Below, piece by piece: positions 59,752 to 64,000 of a stretch of 64,000 nucleotides of DNA (position 1 is its first letter; each line of letters begins with the position of its first letter). Made by a program: the position numbers and the translations under genes. The stretch lies in assembly GCA_965198005.1 (NCBI GenBank), contig CBDAOI010000003.1:928001-992000 (forward strand), given 5' to 3'. The DNA comes from Spirochaetia bacterium. GTDB lineage: Bacteria; Spirochaetota; Spirochaetia; SZUA-6; Bin103. Under the pieces are notes generated by a model. The model made no database searches, had not been told where the DNA came from, and saw only the letters and a list, made by a program, of their open reading frames with translations.

Positions 59752-59777
59752 GGCTCTTCATGAGCCTCTTTCTCTCT
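59750..59777 (+). terminator. Rho-independent terminator-like hairpin
   Basis: gaggctc-ttcat-gagcctc followed by tttctctct. Confidence 0.5.
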
Positions 59778-59899
59778 CGGTTACGGGGTAGCACGATGAT
59801 CGCAAATACTGAGCACACTTCCTCTGCCGGGGCTCCAATACCAACGCTGAGCGATTTCGGCCGATCGCGGAGCGGGCGGCGGATGTTTGGGCCTCGCTC

Positions 59900-60508
59900 A
59901 GGCAGAACAGCAGCATAACGTTCGACCGTCTGAAACTCGAAGGTGCGGCGACCCGACGTGACCTCGTGGTTGACGTCAGCGTCGACGGATCCGACGGCCA
60001 AGCGCTCGGCGTGATGAGCCAGGGGGAGATCCACGCGCTCGCACTCAGCTTGTTTCTGCCGCGGGTGCTGCTGCCGGAATCTCCCTTCGGGTTCGTCGTG
60101 ATCGACGATGCCGTCCAGGCGATGGACCCGGGGAAGGTCGACGGTCTGGCGCGCGTGCTCTCCACGGTGGCCCAAGAGCGGCAGGTCGTCGTCTTTACGC
60201 ACGACGAGCGTTTGCCGGAATCGGTTCGCCGGCAGCAGATTCGGGCACACGTCGTCGAAGTGGTGCGGCGACTGGGCTCGGAGGTGGCGTGCCGTAGCAT
60301 TCGCGACCCGGTGACGCAGTACCCGAGCGATGCACGCGCGCTGCTGCGAACTGACGATCTGCCGCCGAGCGCCGCCGCACGAGCGGTGCCGTTGTTCTGC
60401 CGCTTGGCCATGGAATCGGCGTGTACGGAGTCGTTCGCCGGCGCCGAATCGGGCGCGGTGAGCCGCACTCCGACACCGACGAGGTACCGAACGCCGCGCG
60501 CACCCTGA
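59900..60508 (+). pseudogene. C-terminal fragment of SMC/Rad50-like ATPase
   Basis: MSQGE signature, VVIDDAVQAMD, VVVFTHD; no N-terminal Walker A. Confidence 0.7.
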
Positions 60509-60632
60509 TTCCGAAACTGGCGCTCGCCCTGTCCGATGACGCCGCACGCACAGGAGACGTGCTGGCCCGGATCAACCGCGCCGACCGGGGCTGGGGCGAC
60601 GCCGTGAGATGGGCGAATCGTGCAACACACGC

Positions 60633-60750
60633 GATCACGTGGACCTGTTATGGCACGCCGTCGGCCGGCAACCCGCCGGCACGGGAGCGGTTCCAGCAAA
60701 ACCGTTTCACGGTTGCCCGGCAGCTTCGCTACGCTATAGCCGGGACGAGC
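60633..60750 (+). pseudogene. Fragment of a second hsdR allele, inverted relative to hsdR
   Basis: YGTPSAGNPPARERFQQNRFTVARQLRY vs HsdR YGTPSPGNEKAKVQYGHNRFSVTRQLRY. Confidence 0.7.
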
Positions 60751-63700
60751 CCACCTCGCTGCCAACGCCACCCGCGGCAGTGGCCACTCCGACGTACGTG
60801 GTGGCGAAGACCATCTCGGAGAGCCACCGGCGGAACGATTCGTTGTCGCTGAACTGCTTGAACAGCTCGGTGTGGTCTGCCAGGATCTCGGTCATGGCGC
60901 GTTCCAAGGCCTTGTCGTGCTCAATCCGCGCGTTTTGCTGGTCGGAGTTGGCCATCGCGTTCTGGTACGCCCTGTCTCCGGCGACCTTTGCGGGCAGCTC
61001 TTCGGCAATCACCTTCTCGATCTTGTCCTGGTCCTTCCACTCGACGTTGCCGAACCGGTCGTTGAACTCCCTGATGATGTTGGAGAGCCGCTCCATCTCC
61101 GGTTCCGGCTTCTGCCCGCCGCCGCTGGTGGATACCGGCTCGATTTCGGCGTCCTCGTCGGGAAGTTGGATATCTCGCACCGCCTGCTTCTCCACCCGGT
61201 AGCTGTCCATGTCGATGGCTTCCAGAATCCCCTTCGACAGGTCGTCCTCAATTGGGGCGGGCAGCTTGGGAACGAGGAAAGTCAGGAAGATGGAGAGCTT
61301 CTCCCACTCGGCATAGGGGTAGGGTAGGATGGCTGCCAGGAACCCGTAGGTTCGGAGGAACGCCTTCGCCTTGCCCTTGAAGTTCACCTGGCCGTCCTCG
61401 TCCAACTGCTCCCGATAGAGCGAGACGCAGGCGTCCAGGATGGGATCGAGTTGCTCGCGGTCGGCTCCCGAAAGGTACTGCTCCACCAACTCGTCCACCT
61501 GCGCCGGACCGTAGACCTGATAGCCGTCAAGCGCTGCCACAAGGTCGTGGAGCCTGTCGGGATCGGTCTCCTCCGCCAGGACCGTGGTCCGGTAGTAGTC
61601 GGCAAAGGCGGCCTGGATCGTGTCGGCATCGTTGTTGAAGTCGAGTACGAAGGCGTCGTGCTTCTTGGGGTGCGACCGGTTGAGACGCGACAGCGTCTGC
61701 ACCGCCTTGACGCCGGACAGAATCTTGTCCACGTACATCGTGTGCAGCAGCGGCTCGTCGTAGCCGGTCTGGAACTTGTCGGCGCACACGAGGAAGCGGT
61801 ACGGGTCTTCCTGAATCTTGTCGGTAATCAGGTTCGACGAGAAGCCGTTGAGGGACGCTTCGGTAACCTTCGCGCCATCATGCTCGTGCTCCCCCGAGAA
61901 GGCGGCGATGGCCCGGTAGGGGCTCTTGCGCTCCGCCAGGTAGTCCCGGATGGCGTAGAAATAGCTGATGGCCCGCTGAATGCTGCTGGTCACCACCATG
62001 GCCCGCGCCTGCCCGCCGATCCTCCGAGGCCCGATCACCTGCTCGTGGAAGTTGTCCACCATGATTTCGGCCTTGAGGCGGATGGCGTGGTCGTTGTCCT
62101 CCACGTAGCGGCGCAGCTTCTTCCCGGCGCGCTTGGTGTCGAACTCCGGGTCGCCCTCCACCGTTTTCACCAAACGGTAGTAGCTGTCGACCGGCGTGTA
62201 GTGCGCCAGCACATCAATGATGAACCCCTCCTGGATGGCCTGCTTCATGGTGTAGGAGTGGAAGGGGACGTGCCTGGTTTTCCCGCCTTCGGGAACGGGT
62301 GTGCCGAAGATCTCCAGGGTCTTGTTCTTGGGAGTGGCAGTGAAGGCGAAGTAGCTGGCGTTGGGCAGCAGCTTCTTGCTCTCCATCAGCCGGTTGATCT
62401 TGTCCTCGGTGGTCTCTTCTTCACTCTCTGAACCGGCCTCTCCCAGCGCCATGGATACAGATGCCGAAGTCCGTCCGCCCTGGCTCGAATGGGCCTCGTC
62501 GATGATGATGGCGAACTTTCGGCCTCGGTGCTCGTTCCCGATGGCGTCGAGGATGAATGGGAACTTCTGCACGGTGGTGATGACGATGCGCTTTCCATCC
62601 TGGAGCAGCCGGCGGAGGTGGCCGGAGTCCTCGGCATGGCCCACGACGGAGCCGACCTGGGCGAACTGCTTGATGGTGGCCCGTATCTGCTTGTCCAATA
62701 TCCTGCGGTCCGTGACGACGATGGCCGAATCGAAGAGTGCTTTGCCGTCCTGCTCCAGCCCGATGAGCTGGTGGGCCAGCCACGCGATGGAATTCGACTT
62801 GCCGCTGCCCGCCGAGTGCTGAATCAGATACTTGGGGCCGACTCCCCTGATGGATGCATCAGCCAAGAGCCGGCGCACCACGTCCAACTGGTGGTAGCGG
62901 GGCCATATCTGCTCTCGCCTCTTGCGTCCGGTCTTGTCGTCCCTCGCCTCCACGAGCTGAGCGTAGTTCTCGATGATGTCGGTGAGCCCGTCGCGAGTCA
63001 GGACCTGCTTCCACAGGTAGTCGGTCTTGAGGCCGTTGGGGTTGGGCGGATTGCCCGCGCCGTCGTTCCACCCCTTGTTGAATGGCAGGAACCACGACGC
63101 CTTGCCTTTGAGACGGGTACAGAATTGCACCTCGTGGTCGTCCACGGCGAAGTGGGCCAGGCAGCGGCCCAGCTCGAAGAGCTTCTCACTGGGGTGTCGG
63201 TCGCGCTTGTACTGCTCGACCGCATCATCCACCGTCTGCTTCGTCAGGCTGTTCTTCAGTTCGAAGGTGGCGACGGCCAGGCCGTTGATGAACAGGCACA
63301 GGTCCAGGGCAAGCTGGGTCTGGTCTCGGCTGTAGCGGAGCTGCCTCGTCACGCTGAAGCGGTTGTGCCCGTACTGGACCTTGGCCTTCTCGTTCCCCGG
63401 CGACGGCGTGCCGTAGAGCAGGTCGATCTGGTGCGGTCCGTGCTTGACGCCCTTGCGGAGCACGTCGATGGTCCCTCGCCGGGTGATTTCCCCTTGCAGC
63501 CGGGCCAGGAACTTGCGCCGCGTTGGGCTATCCCGGCCCAGGTCCAGCGATTCTGCGGCATTGCGCTGGGTGGCTTGCAGGAAGGCGGAGAGTTGGGCCA
63601 GGTCTACGCAGTACTCCCGGTCGTAGTCCTGCGAATCTCCGCATATCCAGCCCGCGCCGTAGCCGGCCGGCCGCTCGCGCACCATGCCCCCCTGCGACGG

Positions 63701-63772
63701 GTCGCAGGGCGCGCCTGTCAGCGCCGCGCAGATGAGGCGCTCCAACCCCTTCTCGGTGGTGTCGGTGGTCAC
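60734..63772 (-). CDS. hsdR: Type I restriction endonuclease subunit R
   Basis: DLCLFINGL..ATFELKN, QHSAGSGKS, IIDEAHSSQ, FTATP, KFQTGYDEP, QTLSRLNR. Confidence 0.95.
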   Translation of the reverse strand: MTTDTTEKGLERLICAALTGAPCDPSQGGMVRERPAGYGAGWICGDSQDYDREYCVDLAQLSAFLQATQRNAAESLDLGRDSPTRRKFLARLQGEITRRGTIDVLRKGVKHGPHQIDLLYGTPSPGNEKAKVQYGHNRFSVTRQLRYSRDQTQLALDLCLFINGLAVATFELKNSLTKQTVDDAVEQYKRDRHPSEKLFELGRCLAHFAVDDHEVQFCTRLKGKASWFLPFNKGWNDGAGNPPNPNGLKTDYLWKQVLTRDGLTDIIENYAQLVEARDDKTGRKRREQIWPRYHQLDVVRRLLADASIRGVGPKYLIQHSAGSGKSNSIAWLAHQLIGLEQDGKALFDSAIVVTDRRILDKQIRATIKQFAQVGSVVGHAEDSGHLRRLLQDGKRIVITTVQKFPFILDAIGNEHRGRKFAIIIDEAHSSQGGRTSASVSMALGEAGSESEEETTEDKINRLMESKKLLPNASYFAFTATPKNKTLEIFGTPVPEGGKTRHVPFHSYTMKQAIQEGFIIDVLAHYTPVDSYYRLVKTVEGDPEFDTKRAGKKLRRYVEDNDHAIRLKAEIMVDNFHEQVIGPRRIGGQARAMVVTSSIQRAISYFYAIRDYLAERKSPYRAIAAFSGEHEHDGAKVTEASLNGFSSNLITDKIQEDPYRFLVCADKFQTGYDEPLLHTMYVDKILSGVKAVQTLSRLNRSHPKKHDAFVLDFNNDADTIQAAFADYYRTTVLAEETDPDRLHDLVAALDGYQVYGPAQVDELVEQYLSGADREQLDPILDACVSLYREQLDEDGQVNFKGKAKAFLRTYGFLAAILPYPYAEWEKLSIFLTFLVPKLPAPIEDDLSKGILEAIDMDSYRVEKQAVRDIQLPDEDAEIEPVSTSGGGQKPEPEMERLSNIIREFNDRFGNVEWKDQDKIEKVIAEELPAKVAGDRAYQNAMANSDQQNARIEHDKALERAMTEILADHTELFKQFSDNESFRRWLSEMVFATTYVGVATAAGGVGSEVGSSRL

Positions 63773-63773
63773 G

Positions 63774-64000
63774 CTATACCTCGCCTCTCATCGCGATGTG
63801 GACGTCTCTCAACTCTCCGGGCTGTATCCCCTCAAGGGCCTTGCGGATGGCTTCCGTTCGCCGCGATATGCGGGGCCACGCGGTGTTCATCAGGACGACT
63901 ACGACCACTCGCCTGTTTGACATGTTCTGTTGGTATCCGACCTCGTAGCCGGCTTCTTCAGCCCGATCCAGCAAGACCCCGTTGGCCAAGGTGTCCCAGC
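63774..64000 (-). CDS. DUF5615-like PIN protein (5' part outside window, possible internal deletion)
   Basis: GWDTLANGVLLDRAE..GY...YQQN...VVVL....WP. Confidence 0.6.
   Translation of the reverse strand, partial: WDTLANGVLLDRAEEAGYEVGYQQNMSNRRVVVVVLMNTAWPRISRRTEAIRKALEGIQPGELRDVHIAMRGEV

Overview
GC-rich bacterial window, most likely from a Spirochaetota lineage (spirochaete-type FliF, mevalonate pathway). A host-associated, possibly sponge-symbiont, lifestyle is inferred from the Calx-beta, Uma2, PhyH, toxin-antitoxin and dpp-like transporter content. Core genes (rarA, GPH transporter, mmsA, fliF, miaB, mvaA/mvaD/pmk/mvk, peroxiredoxin, pucL-uraH) alternate with several ATPase-less family-5 ABC transporter cassettes and two lower-GC accessory regions. 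The first (~27.7-42.1 kb) holds an Fn3/unknown/ART-like triad, an ATPase-TPR pair, a KGGVGR ParA-like plus Sll1717-like ATPase pair, a toxin-like remnant plus ImmA-like gene split by a group II intron, and a truncated DrmA-like helicase. The second (~55.8-64 kb) holds tandem Zn-ribbon paralogues (one fused to an Rpn-like domain), HicB-like genes, a PD-(D/E)xK-like nuclease and hsdR. A second, decayed group II intron lies at 49.7-51.4 kb. The window is riddled with short gene fragments, internal deletions and chimeric junctions, which could be real recombination scars or assembly artefacts. No CRISPR array, rRNA or tRNA was seen. Best candidates for undescribed systems: the Zn-ribbon/Rpn-like pair (57022-58177), the Fn3 triad (27742-29076) and the intron-split toxin/ImmA-like module (35779-39408). 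All family assignments are from motif recognition by eye, not database searches.
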